Counted from the stretch's first letter, positions 51,259-61,371 are shown. The stretch is DNA of 64,000 nt from Promethearchaeia archaeon (GCA_029856045.1 JAHQWG010000050.1:1-64000), one strand, 5' to 3'. The notes: generated by a model from the sequence alone, not told the origin. Numbers and translations are program-made.

Positions 51259-52272
51259 ATGACTATATTTGCAAAGATAAGTAAAAAACTGAATGTAAGC
51301 ACAAAATCTCAGTTAAGAGTTTTTGAAAGTATTGAGGAGTTGATTGCAACTCCAGAGAATCCAACCCCCTTAGTTAGATTAAGTGAAAGATTTAATCCGC
51401 ATAGAAATTTCCCAATATACCTTAAATTAGAGAGATATAACCCATTCGGATCTATAAAAGATAGGATTGCCCTCTCAATGTTAGAAGGAGTTAAGATAAA
51501 AGAAGATCAATACATAATTGAACCTTCATCGGGTAATACCGGTATTGGTTTATCAGCTCTTGCTAATGCGAAGGGTATTCCAATAGAAATAGCAGTCCCT
51601 AGTAGAATCCCTGAAGAAAAGAAGATACTATTAAGGTTATTAGGAGTTAACAACTTGTGGGAAGCAGATGATGATTTATGCCCATCATTCCCAAATGAGG
51701 GAGCAAGGGGTTTAGTGAATGGGATAATGAAAGGTAAGCGAAGAAAAAGATTTATTAATCCAAATCAATATGAGAATCATTTAAACGTTCAAGCACATTA
51801 TAGAACTACAGGTCCAGAAATTTGGGAACAAACTCAAGGCAAAATTGATTATTTTTTTGGTGCTCTCGGAACTGGCGGTACAATAACAGGAGTCGGAAGA
51901 TATTTAAAGAAAAGAAATCCTTCAGTGAAAATCATAGGTGTTGAACCAGCTAAAGCAGAGCACAATTTACCTGGAATGAAGAGAATATCTGATCTTACAG
52001 AAGAATTGAAACCAAAAATTTTAGATTATTCTATAATAGATCAAATCTTGGAAGTTGAAGATGATGATGCGTACCTAACAGGAATCCAATTAGCAAGAAA
52101 GAATGGTATTCTTGTTGGCCCCACTACAGGTGCTTTATTATTCGTGGCAATAGAATATGCAAAAGAACACAGTGGATTAGCCGTAGTAATTTCTCCAGAT
52201 GATGCTATGAAATATATAAGTGCTTATGCACCTTATGTAAGGGAAGATGGAATTCCCAAGTTTATGAGCTAA
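51259..52272 (+). CDS. PLP-dependent cysteine synthase family protein
   Basis: TPLVRL, KLERYNPFGSIKDR, EPSSGNTG, NQYEN, GTGGT; SD TGAGGT at 51246. Confidence 0.9.
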   Translation: MTIFAKISKKLNVSTKSQLRVFESIEELIATPENPTPLVRLSERFNPHRNFPIYLKLERYNPFGSIKDRIALSMLEGVKIKEDQYIIEPSSGNTGIGLSALANAKGIPIEIAVPSRIPEEKKILLRLLGVNNLWEADDDLCPSFPNEGARGLVNGIMKGKRRKRFINPNQYENHLNVQAHYRTTGPEIWEQTQGKIDYFFGALGTGGTITGVGRYLKKRNPSVKIIGVEPAKAEHNLPGMKRISDLTEELKPKILDYSIIDQILEVEDDDAYLTGIQLARKNGILVGPTTGALLFVAIEYAKEHSGLAVVISPDDAMKYISAYAPYVREDGIPKFMS

Positions 52273-53075
52273 AAATATCTTATATCCACACTTTCATCAT
52301 CTATGACTTGCTTAAACTCTTGGACAATCCATGCCTTTCTTTCGTCATCTATAGCATAGACGTAATATTTTGCAGGCATTCTAGCTATAGAATAGACCTG
52401 TACTATATCAGGTTTAATTTTTTTAAATGCAAAAGCTAAATCATTTATGTTTTCTGAAGTGTTATTGTCAGTAAATTTTTCTCTATTTGAATTAAAAATT
52501 AAACACTGAATTGCTAATTTATGATCATTCGGCATTTCTCTTTTCAATTTAACGAGGGAGTCAATGATTATATCAATATTTGGAACATCTTTATGGGGGC
52601 AATTCACTCGTCTAAAATCAATTTCATTCGCTACATCTAATTTTGCCAATACAAGATCAAAATTTTTTATTTTTTCCCTTATTTCTTTTAAAAACAAGGT
52701 ACTAGAGTTAGTAAATAACGTAAGTTGAGGATATTTCTTAGGCCAATTTTTCTCATTTCTAAGTTCTTTAGCAAGTCTTAAAAAATCTAAGATATTCTCA
52801 TTTAGCGTAGGTTCTCCATTATAACCAAAAGTGATGGAATTTAAATGAGTTGTATATTTTAAAAATGAATGCAATTCTTTTCTAAAATTTTGAGTGGGAG
52901 GATCTTTGATTCTATAATCAGGAGGGACTAAATGATCAGGTTGTGTTGATCCAATCTCACAATATACACAATTATAAGTGCATTTTTTCATTTTTGGTAA
53001 AATATCAACACCAAGGGATGACCCTAACCTTCTAGATAGCCAGGGTCCATAGCAATACCTTCTTGTATTTCTCAT
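52269..53075 (-). CDS. Radical SAM protein
   Basis: YGP..SRRLG.SLG, CTYNCVYC, GEPTL. Confidence 0.88.
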   Translation of the reverse strand: MRNTRRYCYGPWLSRRLGSSLGVDILPKMKKCTYNCVYCEIGSTQPDHLVPPDYRIKDPPTQNFRKELHSFLKYTTHLNSITFGYNGEPTLNENILDFLRLAKELRNEKNWPKKYPQLTLFTNSSTLFLKEIREKIKNFDLVLAKLDVANEIDFRRVNCPHKDVPNIDIIIDSLVKLKREMPNDHKLAIQCLIFNSNREKFTDNNTSENINDLAFAFKKIKPDIVQVYSIARMPAKYYVYAIDDERKAWIVQEFKQVIDDESVDIRYF

Positions 53076-53109
53076 ATTTTGAATGTATTTTTACAACTTT
53101 ATTTAATTC

Positions 53110-53481
53110 TTGTTGATCCTTTCATTTTTATTTTTTTATTATAACTTAGAAGAAATTTACAAGAATTTCTTTAGAAAGGCTAGTGTCGCGTTAATAAGTA
53201 TTAGCCCCATATTAATTATCTTTTATTCATATACGGCAATTCTTGGCACTAAAATTCTTATTATCGACATATTGAGTTTTTTTGTCGGAGTGATTATTGG
53301 TCAATTCATTAATAATAAGATTATCACATTAATTAAACTTCAAAAATGGATAAGCATTGTTTCATGGATAATTATAATTGGATTGGGATTATCTTTAATA
53401 ATATTTACTTATTTTCCACCTCATTTACCAATTTTCCAAGATTCTGGGACTTGGCTTTATGATATTTTAGTACATTCCTAA
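53110..53481 (+). pseudogene. Probable 5'-truncated membrane protein remnant (DUF6512-like)
   Basis: FYSYT.ILG....IDI, FTYFPPH.PIF.D resemble the C-terminal part of that family; no credible start. Confidence 0.5.
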
Positions 53482-53625
53482 AAATAAATGATTTTCATTA
53501 AAAAACAAATAAATTATTTTTTACTTTATTTATTCTGTTAAATTTAAAAATAACAAATCTTTCATTTATAGTTTTAAGAATAATTAAAATAATCTAAAGA
53601 AAAAGATATTATTAGTTGGAGATTA

Positions 53626-53874
53626 ATCCTTCCCTCTAGTATTAATACAAAATGCCTAACTGAAGATCAATTAAGAAATCTAATTTTAAAAGATCTAAAC
53701 AAAGGAGAGCTTCGCCAGGCGTTTCTTGATAGGAAAATTGATATTCGTATTATTGATGACCAACCTATAAATTTTTTAGCAGCTAGAGAGGAAATTTTAA
53801 CTCAAGTTAGAAATGGGAAAGTACCAAAAGGTATTCTTAAGAAATGGCCTTTATACATTGTTGAACTTCTATAA
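53626..53874 (+). CDS. Unannotated 82-aa protein with no ATG/GTG/TTG in frame
   Basis: Open frame ILPSSINTKCLTEDQLRNLILKDLNKGELRQAFLDRK...KWPLYIVELL-stop; ATC after GGAG; protein-like composition. Confidence 0.6.
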   Translation: MLPSSINTKCLTEDQLRNLILKDLNKGELRQAFLDRKIDIRIIDDQPINFLAAREEILTQVRNGKVPKGILKKWPLYIVELL

Positions 53875-53914
53875 GTAGTTAAATAAAAAAAAAAGAATAA
53901 TTATACTTTAAAAT

Positions 53915-54220
53915 TTAAGTCCACACAATTAAAATCATTCCTGCAATAAGAAATCCAAAGAGATACACTATATATTCTATAAGAAATAGTTTTAGACCTC
54001 GATTGTTGAAGATAGTCTGATTAATTCCAATAGTTCCAACAAGTCCCCCCCAAAGTAATAAACTTAACAATAATGCAGGTCCTATTTCAGTAATCCCTAT
54101 AAGAATCGTTATAATGTCAATAACAAGAACGGTGATAAAACTTATTAGGATCATAATGATGGTTTCTTTTACAATCTTAGATTTGGATTCACTTTCCTTT
54201 CCTACTAATTTAAGCTTGAT
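53915..54220 (-). pseudogene. Probable 5'-truncated DUF1761-like membrane protein remnant
   Basis: C-terminal pattern (LLWGG..., IF..R.LKLFLI..Y......G.IL..W); frame closes shortly upstream. Confidence 0.45.
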
Positions 54221-54415
54221 ATTCTATATGCTAATTTAATCTTTATTTATATAGATTATAAAAATTTCAGTCATTAATTGAATATTAAAATTTTACCCTA
54301 AACTCATTAAATCTAAAACTGATTATTGGAAAATTTAAATAATTTTTAAAACCATTATTTAAATTCTTTATTTGGATAATTAATAATGTAAAATCTAAAT
54401 TTAAAAATTATAAAA

Positions 54416-55231
54416 ATGGTTAAAATGAATTATAAAGAACGACAAGAAATTATTGCAAATTCCAATATTTCATCTGATTATTTACAAAAGTTTAACAGGA
54501 ATATGGGAATTCTTCATTTGATACAAGGGATACTAATGCTAACTGTAGGTCTTATTTTGGAGTTCTCTAGAGATATTTATACTTTTTACTTGACTTATGA
54601 ATTCACTCCTCCCGATATTTTCAATATTTATCCCAATCCTGAAGTGATATTCACAATTTCATATTTTGGAGCTATTTTAGCTTCATTCTTGTTATTGTCC
54701 GCGGTAGCCCATCTCCTTATTGCCTATCCATTAAATAAGAGATATAATGAAAATCTAAAGAAAGGATTCAATCCTTATCGTTGGTATGAATATGCATTCT
54801 CTAGTTCGATTATGATAACTTTTATTTCGTTGCTTTTTGGTGTGTGGGATTTATGGTCTCTGGTAATGATTTTTGTCTTAAATGCCACGATGATAATGTT
54901 CGGTTATGTAATGGAATTAGTTAATCAATATACAGAGAAATTAAATTGGAAGCCATTTATAATGGGATGTATATCTGGAGCAATTCCTTGGATTGTGATT
55001 TTAGGATACTTTTATGGCGTAGACGCTGAAGGAATGCCTGATTTTGTATACGTAATTTTCTTTACATATTTAGTTCTATTTAATACATTTGCTATAAACA
55101 TGGTTCTTCAGTATAAGGGAGTCGGTCCTTGGAAAGATTATCTTTTTGGTGAACGCGTATATATAATATTAAGTTTGGCAGCTAAATCATTGCTGGCATG
55201 GTTAGCCTTTGCAGGTATTTTACAACCATAA
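54416..55231 (+). CDS. heR: Heliorhodopsin
   Basis: LHLIQG, SAVAH, NPYRWYEYAFSSSIM, GERVYIILSLAAKSLLAW (retinal-binding Lys). Confidence 0.95.
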   Translation: MVKMNYKERQEIIANSNISSDYLQKFNRNMGILHLIQGILMLTVGLILEFSRDIYTFYLTYEFTPPDIFNIYPNPEVIFTISYFGAILASFLLLSAVAHLLIAYPLNKRYNENLKKGFNPYRWYEYAFSSSIMITFISLLFGVWDLWSLVMIFVLNATMIMFGYVMELVNQYTEKLNWKPFIMGCISGAIPWIVILGYFYGVDAEGMPDFVYVIFFTYLVLFNTFAINMVLQYKGVGPWKDYLFGERVYIILSLAAKSLLAWLAFAGILQP

Positions 55232-55293
55232 TTATTTAAATTTTTATTTTTTTTTCTTTTTTATATAAAAAAGACATTTTGGTCATGATATTT

Positions 55294-55764
55294 CTATAAT
55301 GATTTGAGTCCAATTGGTTTGTTTATTAATTCAAATTTATAAATTAGTTGATCTTTTGCAGTAAAATGCTCCCATCCTTCTTTTTTATCAAATCCATGAG
55401 CTAAAAGGAAATTCTCTGAATAATTTTCCCTGGCTCGTTTGACCATTTGACTAACAACTTTCTTTTTTAGATCATTATTTTTAACTAACTTTAACTTACC
55501 CTGCATTGAAATAAAATAATATTTACTGAGATTAGGCTTGAAGTTTTCAATTGATACGCATACATTTGGATTTTTTGCTAGTATTTTCTTTTTTTTTCCA
55601 TAATCTGTTAAATGGAAATATAAGATATTGTCGATATTAACATATTGAAAGGGAGAAATATAAGGATAATCTTCATCAATAAATGCAATTCTACATAAAT
55701 TATTAGATTCAATTGCTGAATTTATTTCAATCTCACTCATGTGTGATAATTTTATTACGCTCAT
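55294..55764 (-). CDS. Pyridoxamine 5'-phosphate oxidase-like FMN-binding protein
   Basis: CRIAF...YPYISP..Y....LYFH...G.K...L..NPNVC. Confidence 0.85.
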   Translation of the reverse strand: MSVIKLSHMSEIEINSAIESNNLCRIAFIDEDYPYISPFQYVNIDNILYFHLTDYGKKKKILAKNPNVCVSIENFKPNLSKYYFISMQGKLKLVKNNDLKKKVVSQMVKRARENYSENFLLAHGFDKKEGWEHFTAKDQLIYKFELINKPIGLKSL

Positions 55765-55793
55765 AGATACTATTAAACAAAAATTCTATATAA

Positions 55794-56696
55794 TCATATT
55801 CTATTTCTAATGAATCTTATATCATTCACAAGATTTTTTATAGCCATTAAAGCACTTTTTTCTTTATTTTTAATTTCCAACATAATATCAAAATTGTGTT
55901 TATTTGTCATTTTTATGAATTCTTTGAAATAATTCATATTTATTTCATCAGCACGCTTAAATTTCCCCTTAACTGGGTGTTCTGAACTGTAATGTACTAT
56001 TGGCAGTCCATTTTTTTCATTCCAAGTTTTAAAAGTATTTTCAATTGCTTTTTCAATTGATTCTCCTGAATTATAGTAAAAATGATGGTAAAAATCTAAA
56101 ATTATAGGTATATTTGTTGATTCATTTATTAGCAGACATTCTTTTAAATTGTAATTCTTATCATCATTTTCAATAACATAATGATTTTTTATACTTTCAT
56201 TGAGTTTCCTATGTCGTTCTATAAATCTTTTAATACTATTTTTCTTATCACCATAAACTCCTCCCACATGGGTAATTACTTTCGCTTTTGAATCTAAACC
56301 CAATAAGTTTAAAACTTCAGTATGATATTTCAATTCTTTTATACTATTTTGAACCACTTTATCATTTATAGAGTTAAGAACAGTATATTGCCCTGGATGC
56401 ATCGTTATTCGCATTGAGTTCTTTTTTATATACACACCAATTTCCTTAAATTTTGATTTAAAATACTCTTACCAACCAAATTTCATGATTGGATGAGAAG
56501 CAAAAGGTATTAAATCCGAAGTAATTCGAAAAAATAAAATATTATTATTATAGTTAAATTCTAATATTTTTGCTAAGCAATTCAAATTATTTTCAATTGT
56601 TTCTATAAGTCTTTCTTCTGAATAATTTTCTAAACGGAATGTTCTACTACTTCTACAATTTAAGGTCAAATTTATACAAGGATATCCTATTTTCAT
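55794..56696 (-). pseudogene. uvsE: UV-damage endonuclease UvsE interrupted by one in-frame TAA (56469-56471)
   Basis: MKIGYPCIN, FFRITSDLIPFASHP, then W-stop-EYFK, MHPGQYTVLNS, HVGG, IENDD, DIMLEIKNKE all in one frame. Confidence 0.88.
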
Positions 56697-56719
56697 AAAA
56701 AAAAGAGAATCATAAATTT

Positions 56720-57508
56720 TTAAATATATTGATAAAATTTTATACGTCTATCTTCAATTAAATTATTAAATTCATTAAGATTTTTATCTCTTGCTCTATT
56801 AATATCGACATTAACAATATCTACAAACTCTTTCGCTTTTGGGGCTGAAGACAAAATTTCTCCATTATAAGAGGTTATTTGACTTGCACCTGTAAATGAG
56901 AAATTATCTAAGCCACGTTTCTCCTGACCTATTCTATTAGAAGTAATGGCAAAAACTCGATTTTCCAAACATCGAGTGATCATTGCTTTTTGACAATAAG
57001 GAAGCACTAAGTTTGAGGGGTGTGCAATAATATCAGCACCTAGAAGTGCGAGCGTTCTAGCAGTTTCAGGGAAAATCCAGTCAAAACAAATCATCATCCC
57101 AACTTTAAAATCATTTATCTTATAAACTTTTAACTGTTGATTTCCCGGTGAAAACCATAATTTTTCCCTGTAGTAAAGGTGAATCTTTCTGTATATACCA
57201 ATTACACCAGTTTCAGAAACAATCATCGCAGAATTAAAAATTTTATTATTATCTCTTTCAATGAAACCTCCAACAATTGTTGCACCTGTAATTTTGGTCA
57301 TTTTTTGTAAAAATTGAGATGTAATCCCATCTACACTTTCTGCCAGAGTTTTGGCTTCTTCCTTAGAGGTAAAGGTATAACCTGTAGCGAAAAGTTCAGG
57401 TAATACAATAAGATCCGCTTTTTTATTAACTAATAATCCCTTAACTTGTGTAAAATTTTGCTCCCTTTCACCAAAAATTGGGGATGTTTGAACATAACCG
57501 ATTTTCAT
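56720..57508 (-). CDS. Nitrilase-family carbon-nitrogen hydrolase
   Basis: LPELF, YRKIHL, ICFDW.FPE. Confidence 0.9.
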   Translation of the reverse strand: MKIGYVQTSPIFGEREQNFTQVKGLLVNKKADLIVLPELFATGYTFTSKEEAKTLAESVDGITSQFLQKMTKITGATIVGGFIERDNNKIFNSAMIVSETGVIGIYRKIHLYYREKLWFSPGNQQLKVYKINDFKVGMMICFDWIFPETARTLALLGADIIAHPSNLVLPYCQKAMITRCLENRVFAITSNRIGQEKRGLDNFSFTGASQITSYNGEILSSAPKAKEFVDIVNVDINRARDKNLNEFNNLIEDRRIKFYQYI

Positions 57509-57586
57509 ATTCTCATCTCTTAATCTAAAAATTAATTATGATTTTTGATAAAATAATAATTAAATTCAATTTTTAAAACGTTTCGA

Positions 57587-58366
57587 TTATAAAGATTCAA
57601 TAAATTCTTGGATGTACTGATTTACTAGCTGGGGTTTTTCTAACATTACCATATGCCCCGCTTGTTGTAAAATATGTAATTTACTGTCTTTAATATTAGT
57701 ATGGAAGTATTGACTATACTTCGAAGGGGTTAAAATATCGCTATCTCCACATAAAATTAGGCACGGGACTTGAATTAATTTCAATTCTTGCATAATATCA
57801 AAGCCATCACATATTTTAAAGTCATTGTAAATAACTTGGGGGTCGACTTTAGAGATTTGGTCTCTATAGGTATCAATAACTGATTTTGGAGCTTTCCTAT
57901 GAAATGCTGTTTGACGTATATAATTCAGATATTGGTTATAATCATCTGTGAGTTGTTGGAATATAATGGAGCTAGTCCGTAATCGAGCGCCTGTAGCGCA
58001 TAAAATTAAAGATTCAATATCATTAGGATTTTTTAAATAATAGGATAATATAATAGCACCCCCTAATGAATGCCCGCATAAAATCATTTTTTCTAATTTT
58101 AAAGATTCTTTCAATTTTTCAATAACATTAACGTAAAGGTCAAGGGTAATTTCTGATATTAAAATTTTATCAGAGTTTCCATGCGAAGGGAGATCAACCG
58201 CTATTATTTTATAATCAAGATTAAAATCATCAATTTGATTATGCCAAATGAGCGAGGTGCTCCCTGACCCATGAATAAAAATTAATCCCTTATTTTGCGA
58301 ACTTGCTGCGTTATTTTCTTTAAGCTGATAATAAATTTTTTCTCCTTTAAAATTGAGATATGGCAT
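57587..58366 (-). CDS. Alpha/beta hydrolase
   Basis: FIHGSG, DLP.HG.S, GHSLGG, GH. Confidence 0.9.
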   Translation of the reverse strand: MPYLNFKGEKIYYQLKENNAASSQNKGLIFIHGSGSTSLIWHNQIDDFNLDYKIIAVDLPSHGNSDKILISEITLDLYVNVIEKLKESLKLEKMILCGHSLGGAIILSYYLKNPNDIESLILCATGARLRTSSIIFQQLTDDYNQYLNYIRQTAFHRKAPKSVIDTYRDQISKVDPQVIYNDFKICDGFDIMQELKLIQVPCLILCGDSDILTPSKYSQYFHTNIKDSKLHILQQAGHMVMLEKPQLVNQYIQEFIESL

Positions 58367-58494
58367 AAATATGAAAAATAATTAATCAATAGATTTATAA
58401 TATTCCTTTTTCTCATGAGAAAAAAAAGGAAGAAACGCTAACACGGAAAAATGATCTTTCGCGAATATTTATAAATTTTGTCGATAAATGAAAT

Positions 58495-58683
58495 TTGAGG
58501 TATATCTTATTGATGAACTTTTCTTATAAGAGTAGTTCAAAAAAGGATGAGAAAGAACAACAAGTCCTAGAAGAACATCCCCATGATATATTACAAATAG
58601 GAAAAGATATAAAACGAATAGATGGTAATGAAAAAAAGAGATTACTTGCCATCCTTAAAGAAGAATTACTTAAAGAATTATGA
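58495..58683 (+). CDS. Small hypothetical protein
   Basis: 62-aa ORF (likely start MNFSY after GAGGT); has a degenerate paralog just downstream. Confidence 0.55.
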   Translation: MRYILLMNFSYKSSSKKDEKEQQVLEEHPHDILQIGKDIKRIDGNEKKRLLAILKEELLKEL

Positions 58684-58847
58684 TTCCTTTATTTTTGTAA
58701 AATTCCTTCATCCGAAATTAATTAAAGTTACATTAAATACTGTAATTACTAAAAAACTAAAGTAGATTGAATTATTTTAGATTCTGGTTGAAAAAAAGCA
58801 CACATCTTCCACATAAGGGGTAATAATATTTGGGGTAAAGGTAAAGA

Positions 58848-58982
58848 ATAACCTACCGAAATGAAAAGCAATTAGACGAAGAAGAGATAAAAGATTACCT
58901 CCATAATATTACTCAAATAGGAAAGAACACCAAATATGCAGAGAGGGATGATAAAGATAAATTATTCGCCCTCTTAAAGTAA
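58848..58982 (+). pseudogene. Degenerate paralog of 58495-58683
   Basis: LHNITQIGKNTKYAERDDKDKLFALLK-stop-EFL aligns with PHDILQIGKDIKRIDGNEKKRLLAILKEELL. Confidence 0.55.
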
Positions 58983-59029
58983 GAATTTCTGTAAATTTAT
59001 ACTAATTCTCTTTTATATTACTTTTTTAC

Positions 59030-59830
59030 TTAACTTATTTCCATTTTATTAAATGATCTTGCTCCAATTAATATTAAAATCGCTCCAAATAGTACCATCA
59101 CTATTAGATCAAGCCAAAATGGAAAGTACGATACTCCGAGTAACACTAATCTAAATAGATCCACGCTATAAGTAAAAGGGTTACACATCATTATTACCTG
59201 CATAGGAAGTGGTACTGAATTGAAAGCGAATAAAGCCCCCGATAACCAGAACATAGGCATCACGATAAATGTTTGGATTAGTCCAAAAGACTGCATATCG
59301 CTCAGACGAGTGCTGATAGTTAACCCCACTCCAACAATTCCAATACTTGCCAATAAAGCGACGGGTAAGACCAACATTACACGCCAAATTAAATTAAGGT
59401 CATATCCGTAATATCCAAAAACGATACTTAGACCAATCATTATTAAAACTTGCACCAAGGTTTGTAAAGCTACTCCTAAAGTTCTTCCAAACATTAGCGT
59501 ATTCCGACTAACAGGTGCAACCATTAATTCTTTCATGAACCCAAACATTTTATCGCGAAAGATTGACATACCTCCGAAGATTCCCGTAAATAAAATAACT
59601 ATTGCTGCAATACCTGAAGCAGTAAAAGCTCTTGGATCAATAGATGTCCCATCTATAGTTATTGAAAGGGATGAAAATCCTCCCGCAAATACAAATAAAA
59701 AGAGTATTCCCTGAGCTATTGATGAGATAACCCTTGATTTATTTCTCCAGAATCCCAATAACTCCCTTTTCGCCAGTGCCCATATCGCATTATAATTTAT
59801 TTTGGTTTTGGTAATATTTAATTCTGACAT
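59030..59830 (-). CDS. ABC-2 type transporter permease
   Basis: RDK.FGFMKELMVAPVSR, LSGALF, NPFTY.VD. Confidence 0.9.
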   Translation of the reverse strand: MSELNITKTKINYNAIWALAKRELLGFWRNKSRVISSIAQGILFLFVFAGGFSSLSITIDGTSIDPRAFTASGIAAIVILFTGIFGGMSIFRDKMFGFMKELMVAPVSRNTLMFGRTLGVALQTLVQVLIMIGLSIVFGYYGYDLNLIWRVMLVLPVALLASIGIVGVGLTISTRLSDMQSFGLIQTFIVMPMFWLSGALFAFNSVPLPMQVIMMCNPFTYSVDLFRLVLLGVSYFPFWLDLIVMVLFGAILILIGARSFNKMEIS

Positions 59831-59836
59831 TTATTA

Positions 59837-61183
59837 TCACTTCCTTAATTGCCTCATTTGAATCATCTTTTTAATACCTTTTGTGTGATTTGAAGATTCC
59901 TCCCTTATTGCGCTCCCAACGTAATGGAGGAACACATCTTCCAATGTAGGTTGATGCATATTTACAGATTTTATGATTAAATTATTTTCATTTATTTTTT
60001 GAATAATTAGAGGTAATTGTTTTCCACCGTTTTCGCAAGAGATCGATAAAGATGGCTCGATATCCACTTCTTCCTCTGGATATTCTCCCTTTTTTATTTT
60101 AATTAACTCTTGTTTTATATTTTCTGGAACCTCTTCTAAAAGTTTGTCGTCAAACAAATCTGCAATCTTTTTCTTAGCGATTAATGGTGCATTTAAAAAC
60201 ATATTTACTGCCATTGGCATCTTTTTCCAAGCCATTAACAATTTTTTAGGATCAGACAAAATTTCTCTCATTCTTGCTTGGATCATTTCAGGAGTAACAG
60301 TAGCAGGCATACCTGGTGGTAGTTGCATTTTCGGTATTATATCTTGTTCATTTCCTGCAGTTCCAAATGAAATATTTTTAATTCCAGATATTTCTTTTAC
60401 TTGCTTCATAATCATGGGAAACTTAAACTGATCGTCAACATTCTCAAATTGTATATCTATTACATCCCCAGATAATTGTTTTTTTAAATTTTCCGAAGTA
60501 TCCATAGCAATTATTTTACCGTGATCCATTATGCATATTCTATCCGCGAGCTCATCTGCTTCATCCATATAGTGTGTGGTAATTAAGATAGTCATATTTA
60601 AGTCTCCTTTATTTAATTCTTTTATTTTCTCCCAGATTTTACGCCGTGTCTGAGGATCTAAACCTAAAGTAGGTTCGTCAAGAAATAAAACTTTCGGTTC
60701 GTGTATCAATCCTCGAGCAATTTCTAAGCGACGTTTCATCCCACCAGAATAATTTTTTACGTAAGTATCGGCTCTATCCTCAAGATCCACAATTTTCAAT
60801 ACTTCTTGTATTTTAACTTGCCTTTCTTTCTTCAGCATTCCATAAAGAACCGCATGTAATTCAAGGTTTTCCCAACCTTTCATATCTCCGTCTACTGAAG
60901 GTTCTTGAAAGACAAATCCTATACTCTTCCTTACTTTATCGGGATCCTTCGCAACATTGTACCCATTTACAAATGTAGCCCCTTTTGTTGCATTTAGCAG
61001 AGTCGCCAAGATCGATAACGTTGTTGTTTTACCAGCCCCATTAGGACCTAAAAGCGCAAAAATCTCTCCCTTTTTAACAGTAAATGAAATTTTATCTACA
61101 GCTTTTAAATTACCCTCTTTATAAATTTTAACTAAGTCTTTAACTTCTACTATATTTTCAGAATTGCTTTTAATTTCAGTCAT
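59837..61183 (-). CDS. ABC transporter ATP-binding protein (DrrA-like) with an internal insertion
   Basis: GPNGAGKTT, YSGGMKRR, LDEPT.GLDP, TTHYMDEA, PTLEDVF. Confidence 0.92.
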   Translation of the reverse strand: MTEIKSNSENIVEVKDLVKIYKEGNLKAVDKISFTVKKGEIFALLGPNGAGKTTTLSILATLLNATKGATFVNGYNVAKDPDKVRKSIGFVFQEPSVDGDMKGWENLELHAVLYGMLKKERQVKIQEVLKIVDLEDRADTYVKNYSGGMKRRLEIARGLIHEPKVLFLDEPTLGLDPQTRRKIWEKIKELNKGDLNMTILITTHYMDEADELADRICIMDHGKIIAMDTSENLKKQLSGDVIDIQFENVDDQFKFPMIMKQVKEISGIKNISFGTAGNEQDIIPKMQLPPGMPATVTPEMIQARMREILSDPKKLLMAWKKMPMAVNMFLNAPLIAKKKIADLFDDKLLEEVPENIKQELIKIKKGEYPEEEVDIEPSLSISCENGGKQLPLIIQKINENNLIIKSVNMHQPTLEDVFLHYVGSAIREESSNHTKGIKKMIQMRQLRK

Positions 61184-61371
61184 ATCATAATCAATTATCT
61201 ATTATTTTACTTCTAACACAATCTTTGAATATTTTTTTTAATAGAACAAATGATTTATTCTTTTTGGTAACATTTTAAAAGCCCTCATTACGATATCTAA
61301 TCATATTCTTACTCAATTTTTTTAGATAAAATAAAAGGAAAAAAAAATTGATGTATTTTAATTATTTTAGA

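Noticed and set aside
56469-56471. Programmed recoding in uvsE
   Set aside because: The stop is TAA, used as a normal stop throughout the window; a simple nonsense mutation or error is more likely.
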